Origin: Squalus acanthias
Taxonomy: Eukaryota
NCBI GenBank assembly: GCA_030390025.1
Contig: CM059432.1
Span: 16,990,001-17,054,000 of the forward strand
Reading direction: 5' to 3'
DNA: 64,000 bases
The translations under genes were made by a program, and so were the position numbers. The notes below the pieces were generated by a model. It was not told the DNA's origin and searched no databases. It was given only the letters and a program-made list of their open reading frames with translations. This document shows positions 49,859 to 60,977 of the stretch, piece by piece (position 1 is the first letter of the stretch; the number at the start of each line of letters is the position of its first letter).

Positions 49859-50603
49859 GGCCCGAAAATTAGACCTAATACGCGAGAGTACGCATTGTGT
49901 ACTCTCGCGTTTTAGGTCTCCAATTGCCGGTTTCCAGCATGCACTGCGCATGCGCGGGAAACCGGCACTTCGTGAATTCAAAAGGGGGCGGTTCCTAGGT
50001 GAACCGCGTGTGCGCTACAGGCTGCGCGTACGCAGTGCACTTAGTGCTTTGAACGCGCAGGTAAGCATGGAAGATTTTACACATAAAGAAAGGAGGCGTA
50101 AGACCCTCTTTTAACAAGGTAAGTAGTTAATTAAGTATTATTTAAAAAAATTTTCAACAGGTTTATCTTTTTTAGAGACTTTAAAGAAAGGTAAGTTTAT
50201 TTTTATAACTTTTAAAAAGATTTTAAATTTTTTCAAAAATTTAATTTTTTGTTTAAAGTGGTTAATTTATTTAACTATACTTATTTTATTAATGTGATGG
50301 CTTTTAAAAAAAATTTAATTGAGGTTTAGCTGTTCTTTTGGGGGGGTATATTATTCATAGCTTTGACAGGTCTTCCTGTCAAAACTATGAATGAAAGATG
50401 GTGTGCTGCCATTGGCTCTAACTGAATCACGTGATCCCAGAGCTCGCACGAATTAATTGCGTCTCTGGGTCACGCAAGCACTGCACAGCTGCAGCCTTGA
50501 AACTAAAGTTCGTGTGGGCCCGGAGGAAAAAGGTAGGCGCGGAGTGAGATATCGCGGGGAAGCCTTACCCCCGCGTCAACACTCAGTCTTTAATTTCTGG
50601 GCC
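49859..50603. mobile_element. Harbinger-like MITE, third family
   Basis: TIRs GGCCCGAAAATTA / TAATTTCTGGGCC; CpG-rich arms with AT-rich core; TSD not clean. Confidence 0.7.
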
Positions 50604-51022
50604 ATTACGATTTTCTAAGTGCCCTGTTACCACATCCCTATTAATAGATTCTAGCATTTTGTCTACTACTGATGTCAGGCTAACTGACCTATAGTTCCCC
50701 ATTTTTTCTCTTCCTCCTTTCTTAAATAGCGAGGTTATGTTTGCTACCTTCCAATCCTTGGGGACTGTTCTAGAATCTAGGGAATTCGGGAAGATTAATA
50801 CCAGGGCATTCATTATCTCTGCAGCTACCTCTTTTAAAACCCTAGGATGCAGGTCGTCAGGTCCAGGGGATTTGTCGCCACTCAGTCCCATTAATTTCTC
50901 CAGTACTATTTCTTTACTTATACTTATTTCTTTAAGTTCCTCCTTCTCTCTAGACCCTTGGTTCCGCATTATTTCCAGAATGTTTTTTGTTTCTTCAACT
51001 GTGAAGACAGATACAAAGTATT

Positions 51023-54000
51023 TAAAACATAGAACATAGAACAGTACAGCACAGTACAGGCCTTTTGGCCCTCGATGTTGTGCCGAGCATTGTCCGAAAC
51101 CAAGATCAAGCTATCCCACTCCCTATCATTCTGGTGTGCTCCATGTGCTTATCCAATAACCGCTTGAAAGTTCCTAAAGTGTCCGACTCCACTATCACAG
51201 CAGGCAGTCCATTCCACACCCCAACCACTCTCTGAGTAAAGAATCTACCTCGGACATCCCTTCTATATCTCCCCCCATGCACCTTATAGTTATGCCCCCT
51301 TGTAACAGCTACATCCACCCGAGGAAATAGTCTCTGAACATCCACTCTATCTATCCCCCTCATCATCTTATAAACCTCTATTAAGTCGCCTCTCATCCTC
51401 CTCCGCTCTCAAGAGAAAAGCCCTAGCTCCCTCAATCTTTCCTCATAAGACCTCCCCCCCAAACCAGGCAGCATCCTGGTAAATCTCCTTTGCACTCTTT
51501 CCAATGCTTCCACATCCTTCCTATAGTGAGGTGACCAGAACTGCACACAATATTCCAAATGTGGTCTCACCAAGGTCCTGTACAGTTGCAGCATAACCTC
51601 ATGGTTCTTAGGGGGAAAAATTAGGTCGCGCCCCGTTTGGGGCGCAAATATCGTCTGGACGCAAATATTAGCGCCTGGCGCTAATTATCGCCACTGACCG
51701 GAAACTTCACTTTTACCGCCCCGGGAGGTGAGTGGAGCGCTAAATCAGGTGCTGCACACCTGTCTTAAGGCGCAAAGGCCGAGCAGTGAGGCGCTAACTC
51801 AGCGCGCGAGCGCAGCGCAGGTGCTGCCAGTTAGCGAGGGAACACAGACACACTGGCGCCGGCCAGTTCTTAAAGCCGGGGGGGGCCAACTGTTAGGATC
51901 AGTAGGCAAAACTACCTCACAAAGCGTTGACTCAATGCAGAAGTCTCTCTTTCTCTCTCTCCGAATCTCTCTCTCTCTCTCAGAACGAGTGGTGCAAAAA
52001 TGTCAACCACAGAAAAAGACAGGAAGAGGCCCCCTTTAAATAGCGCCCCCCCCCCAGCCCCACAGCGATTGATAGCGTTCCAGTCTTCCGGTCGTTGGAT
52101 GCGCCAGGCGGTAAGGCAGGGGGCGCCACTCAATTTCCGCTCCGGGGCGCCACAAGGGCGTTGCACCATGGAATGACGTCACAATCTGCGCGCGCAGGTG
52201 GTCGCAGCGGTAAAGTTTAGCGCCGCCGCACAATGTCTAGTTAAGTTCCCGAGCGGCGCAAACATCGCTGCGCCCGGGTGTTAGGGGCTTTGCGCCCCAT
52301 TAGCGCCCTCTTAAGGCGCTAACGGGAGGCGCAACCAACTGAATTTTTACCCCTTAAACTCAAACCCCTTGTTAATAAACGCTAACACACTATAGGCCTT
52401 CTTTACTGCTCTATCCACTTGAGTGGCAACCTTCAGAGATCTGTGGATATGAACCCCCAGATCCCTCTGTTCCTCCACGTTCCTCAGAACCCTGCCGTTG
52501 ACCCTGTAATCCTTATTCAAATTTGCCCTACCAAAATGAATCACCTCGCACTTATCAGGGTTAAATTCCATCTGCCATTTTTCGGCCCAGCTCTGCATCC
52601 TATCAATGTCTCTTTGCAGCCTACAACAGCCCTCCACCTCATCCACTACTCCACCAATCTTGGTGTCATCAGCAAATTTACTGATCCACCCTTCAGTCCC
52701 CTCCTCCAAGTCATTGATAAAAATCACAAACAGCAGAGGACCCAGCACCGACCCCTGTGGCACACCGCTGGTAACTGGTCTCCAGTCCGAAAATTTTCCA
52801 TCCACCACCACCCTCTGCCTTCTATGAGATAGCCAGTTACTTATCCAATCAGCCAAATTTCCCTCTATCCCACAACTCCTTACTTTCTTCATGAGCCGAC
52901 CATGGGGAACCTTATCAAACGCCATCCATGTATACGACATCAACTGCTCTACCTTCATCTACACACTTAGTTACCTCCTCAAAGAATTCAATCAAATTTG
53001 TTAGGCAAGACTTACCCTTCACGAATCCGTGTTGACTATCCCGGATTAAGTTGCATCTTTCCAAATGGTCATAAATCCTATCCCTCAGGACCTTTTCCAT
53101 TATCTTACCAACCACCGAAGTAAGACTAACCGGCCTATAATTACCAGGGTCATTCCTATTTCCTTTCTTGAAGAGAGGAACAACATTCACCACTCTCCAG
53201 TCCTCTGGCACCATCCCCGTGGACAGTGAGGACCCAAAGATCAAAGCCAAAGGCTCTGCAATCTCCTCCCTTGCCTCCCAAAGAATCCTAGGATATATCC
53301 CATCTGGCCCAGGGGACTTATCGACCCTCAGGTTCTTCAAAATTGCTAAAACATCTTCCCTCAGAACATCTACCTCCTCCAGCCTATCCACCTTTATCAC
53401 ACTCTCATCCTCAAAAACATGGCCCCTCTCCTCGGTGAACACTGACGAAAAGTATTCATTCATCACCTCTCCTATCTCTTCTGACTCCATGCACAAGTTC
53501 CCACTACTGTCCTTGACCGGCTCTACCCTCACCCTGGTCATTCTTTTATTTCTCACATAAGAGTAAAAAGCCTTGGGGTTTTCCTTGATCCGACCCACCA
53601 AGGACTTCTCATGCCCCCTCCTAGCTCTCCTAAGCTCTTTTTTTAGCTCATTCCTTGCTACCTTGTACCCCTCAATCGACCCAACTGAACCTTGTTTTCT
53701 CATCCTTACATACGCTTCCTTTTTCCTCTTGACTAGACATTCAACCTCTTTTGTGAACCATGGTTCTCTCACTCGGCCATTTCCTCCCTGCCTGACAGGG
53801 ACATACCTATCAAGGACACGCAGTAATTGCTCCATGAAAAAGCTCCACTTTTCGTTTGTGCCTTTCCCTGATAGTTTCTGTTCCCATCTTATGCTCCCTA
53901 ATTCTTGCCTAATCGCATCATAATTACCCCTCCCCCAATTATAAACCCTGCCCTGCCGTATGGCCCTATCCCTCTCCATTGCAATAGTGAAAGTCACCGA

Positions 54001-54754
54001 ATTGTGGTCACTATCTCCAAAGTGCTGTCCCACATACAAATCAAACACTTGGCCCGGTTCATTACCCAGTACCAAATCCAATGTGGCCCCACCTCTTGTC
54101 GGCCAATCCACATATTGTGTCAGGAAACCCTCCTGCACACACTGTGCAAAAACTATCCCATCCGAACTGTTTGACCTATAAAGGTTCCAATCAATATTTG
54201 GAAAGTTGAAGTCACCCATGACAACTACTCTGTGACCTCCACACCTATTCATAATCTGCTTTGCAATTTCTTCCTCCACATCTCTATTACTATTTGAGGG
54301 CCTGTAGAAAACTCCTAACAACGTGACCGCTCCTTTCCTATTTCTAACTTCAGCCCATATTACCTCAGACGGCAGATCCCCCTCGAACTGCCTTTCTGCT
54401 GCTGTTAAACTATCCTTGATTAACAATGCTACTCCTCCACCTTTCTTACCACCTTCCCTACTCTTACTGAAACATCTATACCCCGGAACTTCCAACAACC
54501 ATTCCTGTCCCTGTTCTAACCATGTCTCCGTAATGGCCACCACATCGTAGTCCCAAGTACCAATCCACGCTCCAAGTTCTCCTACCTTATTCCGGATGCT
54601 CCTTGCATTGAAGTAGACACACTTCAAGCCACCTTCCTGTCTGCCGGTACATTCCTGCGACCTTGATACCCTCCTCAGTACCTCCCTACACTCACCACTG
54701 ACTCCTGGACGACAGCCCTTTTTCCCATCCCCCTGACAAATTAGTTTAAACCCC
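51023..54754 (-). mobile_element. Younger CR1 with complete ORF2 region, truncated at the ORF1/ORF2 junction
   Basis: 613-aa ORF (endonuclease to RT start), frameshift near 52930, KFADD; (ttctatg)n tail. Confidence 0.92.
51611..52353. mobile_element. Harbinger-type MITE, subtype B, opposite orientation
   Basis: TIRs GGGGGAAAAATT / AATTTTTACCCC, TSD TTA. Confidence 0.88.
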
Positions 54755-56100
54755 ATTTCCTTATTGCCTATTATAATTTTCCTGTCTCTAATGGGCCCAC
54801 GTTTACTTTCACTAATCTCTTCCTATTTCCATACCTATAGAAACGTTTACAACCTGTTTTTATGTCTCTTGCTAATTTACTCTCTTTTTTTCTTTCCATA
54901 TCAATTTCTTGGCCCTTCTTTGCTGAATTCTAAAATCCTTCCAATCCTCAGGCTTACTACTTTTTTGGCAACATTATAAGCCTCTTCCTTTGATCTAATA
55001 CTATCTTTAACTTCTCTTAGCCACTTTTCCTGTGGGGTTTTTGTGCCTTAAAGAAATGTATATTTGTTGTAAATTATGTATTAATTCTTTAAATGCTAGC
55101 CATTGCCTGTCTACTGTCATATCTTTTAATGTAGCTTCCCAATCTACCTTAGCCAACTCGCCCCTCATACCTACGTAGTTTGCTTTGTTTAGATTTAAGA
55201 CCCTAGTTTCGGACCTAACTAAATCACTTTCAAACTCAATATAAAATTCTATCATATTATGGTCACTCTTCCCTCAAGGCCTCTTTACTACAAAGTTATT
55301 AATTAACCCTTTCTCATTGCACAATACTAGATTTATACTCTGCCCTACATTACAACTGTCTGGGGGCCTGTTAACAACTCCCACCAATGTTTTCTGCCCC
55401 TTGCTGTTTGTTAGCTCCATCCAAACTGATTCTACTTCTTGATTTTCCAAGCCAAGATCCTTTCTCTCTACTGTCTTTATCCTATCCATTATTATCAGGG
55501 CTACCCTCCTCCTTTTCCATTTTGCCTATCTCTTCTAAAAGTTAAGTATCCTGGAATATTTAGTTCCCAACCTTGGTCACTTTGCAACCACATCTCCGTA
55601 ATGCCTATTAGATCAAACCTATTCATTTCTATCTGCGTTATTAATTCATCTATTTTGTTGCGAATGCTTCGGGCATTCAGATATAGTGCCTTTAGCTTTG
55701 ACTTTTTTCTATTTTTCCCTGATGTCACCTTAGTCACTGATGCCTGATTACATTTATTACTTTTTCTGTCCTTTCCTGACCCACTCTGCTTATTTTACTC
55801 TAAACTCTGCTCTGCTCTGGAGCCTTGACATTTCCCTTGCTGCTTTTAAATTTACTCTTTCCTGAATCCTCCCACATGCCGCCCCTTCATTAGTTTAAAG
55901 CCCTGTCTACTGCCCTAGTTATTCGATTCGTTAGGACACTGGTTCGAGCTCCAGTTTAAGTGGAGCCCGTCCCAACAGAATAGTGCCATGGGATCTTTTA
56001 CATCCACCTATGAAGGCAGACAGGACCTTGGTTTAACGTCTCATCTGACAGCAGCACCTCCAACAGTGCAGCACTCCCTCAATACTGCACTGAAGTGATT

Positions 56101-56663
56101 GGCCCAAAATTTGCTGTCAAAATAATGGCGAGGCGAATAGCACTCACCGTTATTTATGTGCAAATGCCACAGCAACTTCAGGCGAGGGCAGATGCACGAT
56201 TAAACACGGAAATCGAAAAGACGCTGTCGGAGATACGTTGCTCTGCTGTTAGCTTTGCAAAAACGGTATCTTGCTGTCTGGCTCCCCATTCACATGCATT
56301 GAGTGGCGTGAAGCTCCTCTACTTGCATTGTAGATATGAAGTAAGCTCTCCACAGGAAGTTACGTCAAGTCATTTCAGTCTAAGTACGCTTTTAACAATG
56401 TGATAAGTGTTAATTACTGCCAGTCAACCTTTCTGGCACTGAGAATTAACTATTACAAATGTAGAGTCTCATTCTTTCAGGTTTTAATTGTTGTTGGAGA
56501 TTTAATTTTTTTTAAATTAAAACAATCTTTTTACTTTTTCTTTCTCTCTTAATCCAATCTCTCTTTATTTCTCTTTCTGTACCTGATTTGACATTGAACT
56601 CAACCATTCTTACACTTTCTTATCAGACTTTGCGCTGTTAATTTCAGAATCCCTTCAATCTGA
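56101..56663. mobile_element. Left part of a Harbinger-like non-autonomous element, interrupted by CR1
   Basis: Starts GGCCCAAAATTTG like the other Harbinger-type ends; right TIR not in window. Confidence 0.45.
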
Positions 56664-56972
56664 GGTCACAAATTTTTTGGTCTCAGTTTCTTTTCAGCAG
56701 GGCAGGACGGTTACCGGGAGGAGCGGGAAGTCGGCGTAGGACCAAGGGGACACAAGACCGGGAAGTCAGCGAAAGACCAGGGAGGTAAGACTAACTGGTA
56801 AGTACTTTCCTCAAACCTTCCTAGAAAGTAAAACTAAAACTAGTGGGATTTGGTTAGTTTAAAAAGGAATAAGAGGAGTACAGTATACATTGGTCTAAGT
56901 AAGCTTCGGGAAAACAAAAGTCAATAAATAAACTAAAACCAGAAAATTAAAAAGTAATATAAGGGTTAAGTC

Positions 56973-57919
56973 ATGGCAGTAGAGCTCGGACCTGTGTCAT
57001 GCTCCTCCTGTAACATGTGGGAAATCAGGGACGCTTCCTGTGGCCCTGACAACCATGTGTGCGGGAAGTGTGTCCAGCTGCAGCTCATGTGGGACCGCAT
57101 GACGGCCCTTGAGCTGCGGATGGACTCACTTTGGAGCATCCACGATTCTGAGAGGGTTGTGGATAGCACATTTAGTGAGTTGGTCACACCGCAGGTTAAG
57201 GCCAGCGTAGATAGTACATGGGTGACCAAAAGGCAGAGCAAGGGCAGGAAGGTAGTGCAGAAATCCCCTGGGGTTGTCTCCCTTAGCAACAGGTTCACCG
57301 CCTTAGGTGCTGTTGTCGGGGGGGATGACTCATCGGGGGAAGGCACCAGCAGCCAGGCTCATGGCACCATGACTGGCTCTGTTGCAAAGAAGGGAGGGAA
57401 AAAGGTGGCAGGGCTATAGTAATAGGGGATTCGATTGTAAGGGGAATAGATAGGGGTTTCTGTGGTCGCGACCGAGACTCCAGGATGGTATGTTGCCTCC
57501 CTGGTGCAAGGGTCAAGGATGTCTCGGCGCGGGTGCAGAACATTCTGGAGGGGGAGGGGGAACAGCCAGTTGTCGTGATACATGTTGGTACCAACGACGT
57601 AGCTAAAAAAAGGGAAGAGGTCCTACAAGTAGAATTTAGGGAGTTAGGAGCCAAGCTAAAAAGTAGGACCTCGAAGGTAGTAATCTCTGGATTACTACCA
57701 GTGCCACGTGCTAGTAAGAGTACAGAGAACAGGATAGTTAGGCTAAATACGTGGCTTGAGCAGTGGTGTAAGAGGGAGGGTTTTAAATTTTTGAGGCATT
57801 GGAACCAGTTTTGTGGTAGGTGTGACCTATACAAAAGGGACGGTCTACACCTGTGCAAAGATGGAACTGATGTTCTCGGGGTAATTTTTGATAAAGCAGT
57901 TCGGGAGCATTTAAACTAG
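56973..57919 (+). CDS. CR1 ORF1 (zinc finger/leucine zipper plus SGNH esterase), one 1-nt frameshift
   Basis: CSSCNMWE...CGKC, IGDSIV, HVGTND, DGLHL; adding one A to the run at 57399-57403 joins the two ORFs. Confidence 0.85.
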
Positions 57920-60861
57920 TATGGCAGGGGGCTAGAAACCTATGTAGTGAAATAGAGGAAAGTGAAAGGCAGACAGAAATAAATGGTAAAAGGGTGAGGA
58001 ACAAAAAACAAAGGGCCAAACTAATTCATAAAAAATGTGAGCATAAAAAAAGCCTGAGGGTTTTATACCTTAATGCGAGAAGCATCAGGAACAAGGTAGA
58101 TGAATTAGCTGTGGAAATAGAGGTTAATAATTATGATCTAATTGGGATTACGGAAACATGGTTGCAGGGTGAGCAGGGCTGGGAGCTTAACATACAGGGG
58201 TATTCAGTATTTAGGAAGGATCGACAAAAAAGAAAGGGAGGAGGGGTAGCATTGCTGGTAAAAGAGGGGATAAATGCAATTGAAAGGAAGGATATTAACT
58301 CAGTTAATACAGAATCTATATGGGTGGAGCTAAGAAATAGCGAGGGGCGAAAAACATTAATAGGAGTGGTATATAGGCCTCCAAATAGTAAAATAGAGGT
58401 TGGGGAGGGCATCACGAGGGAAATTAGAGAAGCGTGCAATAAGAGCACAGCTGTCATCATAGGTGACTTTAACTTACATATAGATTGGACTAGCCTAATC
58501 AGTAAAAATAATGAGGAGGAGGAATTCCTTGAGTGTTTAAGGGATGGTTATCTGGATCAATATGTCGAGGAACCAACTCGGGAACAGGCTATATTGGACT
58601 GGGTACTGTGCAATGAGAAGGGACTAATTAGTAATCTTGTTGTACGGGGACCCTTGGGTCAGAGCGATCATAACATGATCGATTTCTCACTCGAAATGGA
58701 GAGCGAAGAAATTGACTCAGAGACTAAGGTCCTGAATTTAAACAAGGGGACTTATGATGCCATTAGACGGGAACTGAGTAGGTCTGATTGGACAACGTTC
58801 CTGGGAGGACTGGAGGTAGATAAACAATGGCAAGCATTTAAAGATAGAATGACAAAATTGCAAAAATTGTTTATACCAATCTGGCATAAAAGGAAATCTA
58901 AAAAGGTGACTCAACCGTGGATAACAGGGGAAATTAGAGACAGCATAAAATCCAAAGATAGGGCGTATAAAATAGCCAAAAAAAGCGCCAGAGCGGAAGA
59001 TTGGGAACAGTTTAAGATAGAGCAAAGGAGGACAAAGGGCTTAATCAAGAGGGGCAAAATAGCTTACGAAAGCAAGCTGGCGGAAAATATAAAAACTAAC
59101 TCCAAAAGCTTTTATAAGTATATCAAGAGGAAAAGACTGGTGAAAACCAAAGTTGGTCTATTGCAGTCAGATACGGGGGAATATATAACGGGAAATAAGG
59201 AAATGGCAGACCAACTAAATGCATACTTTGGGTCAGTCTTTACGAAGGAAGACACAAAAAACCTCCCTGGGATATCGGGAAAAATAGGGACATTGGCAAA
59301 GGAGGAACTGACGCAAATCAATATCTCTAAGGATATGGTGTTAAGGAAGCTAAAGGGATTGAAGGCGGACAAATCCCCAGGGCCTGATAACATGCATCCT
59401 AGGGTACTGAAGGAGGTGGCCCTAGAGATAGCGGATGCACTAAGTATGATTTTTCAAAATTCATTAGACTCGGGAACAGTGCCCATGGATTGGAGGGTAG
59501 CTAACGTTACCCCACTATTCAGAAAGGGGGGTAGGGAAAAAGCAGGTAATTACAGACCTGTAAGCCTTACATCAGTTGTGGGCAAAATGCTGGAGTCCAT
59601 CATTAAGGATGAAATAGCGGAGCACTTAGCAAATGGGGACAGGATAGGACAGAGTCAACATGGATTTACAAAGGGTAAATCGTGCTTGACTAATCTATTG
59701 GAATTTTTTGAGGGAGTAACTGGTAAAATAGATGGGGGAGAGCCAGTAGATGTGGTGTACCTGGACTTCCAAAAGGCCTTCGACAAGGTCCCACATAAAA
59801 GATTAGCATGGAAAATTGAAGCTCATGGGATAAAGGGGAAAGTATTGACGTGGATAGAGAACTGGCTGTCAGATAGAAAACAGAGAGTTGGAATAAACGG
59901 CTCATTTTCTGAATGGCAGGCAGTAACAAGTGGGGTACCACAGGGATCTGTCCTGGGTCCCCAGCTGTTCACAATTTACATTAATGACCTGGATCAGGGA
60001 GTCGGATGCAGCATTTCCAAATTTGCAGATGACACTAAACTAGGAGGGGGGGTGGGCTCAGAGGAGGAGACCAGGAAGCTCCAGAGCGATTTGGACAGAC
60101 TGGGTGATTGGGCGGATAAATGGCAGATGCACTATAATGTGGACAAGTGCGAAGTTATCCACCTTGGGTGCAGGAACGGGAGGGCAAATTATTATTTAAA
60201 TGGCAATAAATTGGGAGAGGGGGAAGTACAGAGAGACCTGGGTGTTCTTGTACACCAGTCACTGAAGGCGAGCATGCAGGTGCAACAGGCGGTCAAGAAG
60301 GCAAACGGTATGCTGGCCTTCATAGCAAAAGGGTTGGAATACAGGAACAGGGATACCTTGCTGCAGCTGTACAGGGCACTGGTGAGACCACACCTCGAGT
60401 ACTGTGTACAGTTTTGGTCGCCTCATCTGAGGAAAGATGTTCTTGCCATGGAGGGGGTGCAGCGGCGATTCACCAGGCTGATACCAGGAATGGCGGGATT
60501 GACCTATGAGGAGAGACTATGTAGTTTAGGGATGTACACACTGGAGTTTAGAAGATTGAGAGGGGACCTCATAGAAGTGTATAAAATTCTGACAGGTCTA
60601 GACAGACTAGATGCAGAAGGAATGTTTCCCTTAGCGGGTGAGAACAGAACTAGAGGACATAATTTAAGGATAAGGGCTAAACCATTTAGGACAGAAATGA
60701 GGGGGAATTTCTTCACTCAGAGGGTGGTGAACCTGTGGAACTCATTGCCACAGAGGGCAGTGTACGCCAGCTCATTAAATATATTTAAGAGGGAATTAGA
60801 TATATTTCTACAGGCAAAAGGGGTTAAGGGTTACGGAGAGAAGGCGGGGACGGGATACTGA
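57916..60861 (+). CDS. CR1 ORF2 (APE endonuclease plus reverse transcriptase), uninterrupted
   Basis: 955 aa open from 57994 (GTG) and open upstream to the ORF1 stop; ITETW, GDFN, SDHN, PQGSVLGP, KFADD. Confidence 0.95.
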   Translation, partial: LVWQGARNLCSEIEESERQTEINGKRVRNKKQRAKLIHKKCEHKKSLRVLYLNARSIRNKVDELAVEIEVNNYDLIGITETWLQGEQGWELNIQGYSVFRKDRQKRKGGGVALLVKEGINAIERKDINSVNTESIWVELRNSEGRKTLIGVVYRPPNSKIEVGEGITREIREACNKSTAVIIGDFNLHIDWTSLISKNNEEEEFLECLRDGYLDQYVEEPTREQAILDWVLCNEKGLISNLVVRGPLGQSDHNMIDFSLEMESEEIDSETKVLNLNKGTYDAIRRELSRSDWTTFLGGLEVDKQWQAFKDRMTKLQKLFIPIWHKRKSKKVTQPWITGEIRDSIKSKDRAYKIAKKSARAEDWEQFKIEQRRTKGLIKRGKIAYESKLAENIKTNSKSFYKYIKRKRLVKTKVGLLQSDTGEYITGNKEMADQLNAYFGSVFTKEDTKNLPGISGKIGTLAKEELTQINISKDMVLRKLKGLKADKSPGPDNMHPRVLKEVALEIADALSMIFQNSLDSGTVPMDWRVANVTPLFRKGGREKAGNYRPVSLTSVVGKMLESIIKDEIAEHLANGDRIGQSQHGFTKGKSCLTNLLEFFEGVTGKIDGGEPVDVVYLDFQKAFDKVPHKRLAWKIEAHGIKGKVLTWIENWLSDRKQRVGINGSFSEWQAVTSGVPQGSVLGPQLFTIYINDLDQGVGCSISKFADDTKLGGGVGSEEETRKLQSDLDRLGDWADKWQMHYNVDKCEVIHLGCRNGRANYYLNGNKLGEGEVQRDLGVLVHQSLKASMQVQQAVKKANGMLAFIAKGLEYRNRDTLLQLYRALVRPHLEYCVQFWSPHLRKDVLAMEGVQRRFTRLIPGMAGLTYEERLCSLGMYTLEFRRLRGDLIEVYKILTGLDRLDAEGMFPLAGENRTRGHNLRIRAKPFRTEMRGNFFTQRVVNLWNSLPQRAVYASSLNIFKRELDIFLQAKGVKGYGEKAGTGY

Positions 60862-60977
60862 ATTGGAGGATCAGCCATGATCTCATTGAATGGCGGAGCA
60901 GGCTCGAAGGGCCGGATGGCCTACTCCTGCTCCTATCTTCTATGTATCTATGTATCTGATCGGTTAAGGAGATACAG

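Larger units (their letters stand above)
47927..55975 (-). mobile_element. CR1 LINE (end of ORF1 to 3' tail), degenerate, hosting two MITEs and a younger CR1
   Basis: Collinear pieces at 47927-48462, 49145-49856, 50604-51022 and 54755-55975: LYLNARSIRNK, KSPGPDDLHPRVLKE, LDFQKAFDKVPH. Confidence 0.88.
56664..60953 (+). mobile_element. Full-length CR1 LINE
   Basis: TSD ATCTGA (56658-63 and 60954-59), 5' UTR, ORF1, ORF2, (tctatgta)n tail. Confidence 0.95.

Noticed and set aside
57396..57405. Programmed frameshift inside ORF1
   Set aside because: GGG AAA AAG is not an in-phase X_XXY_YYZ heptamer and the 61862-62638 ORF1 is continuous here; a 1-nt deletion or read error is simpler
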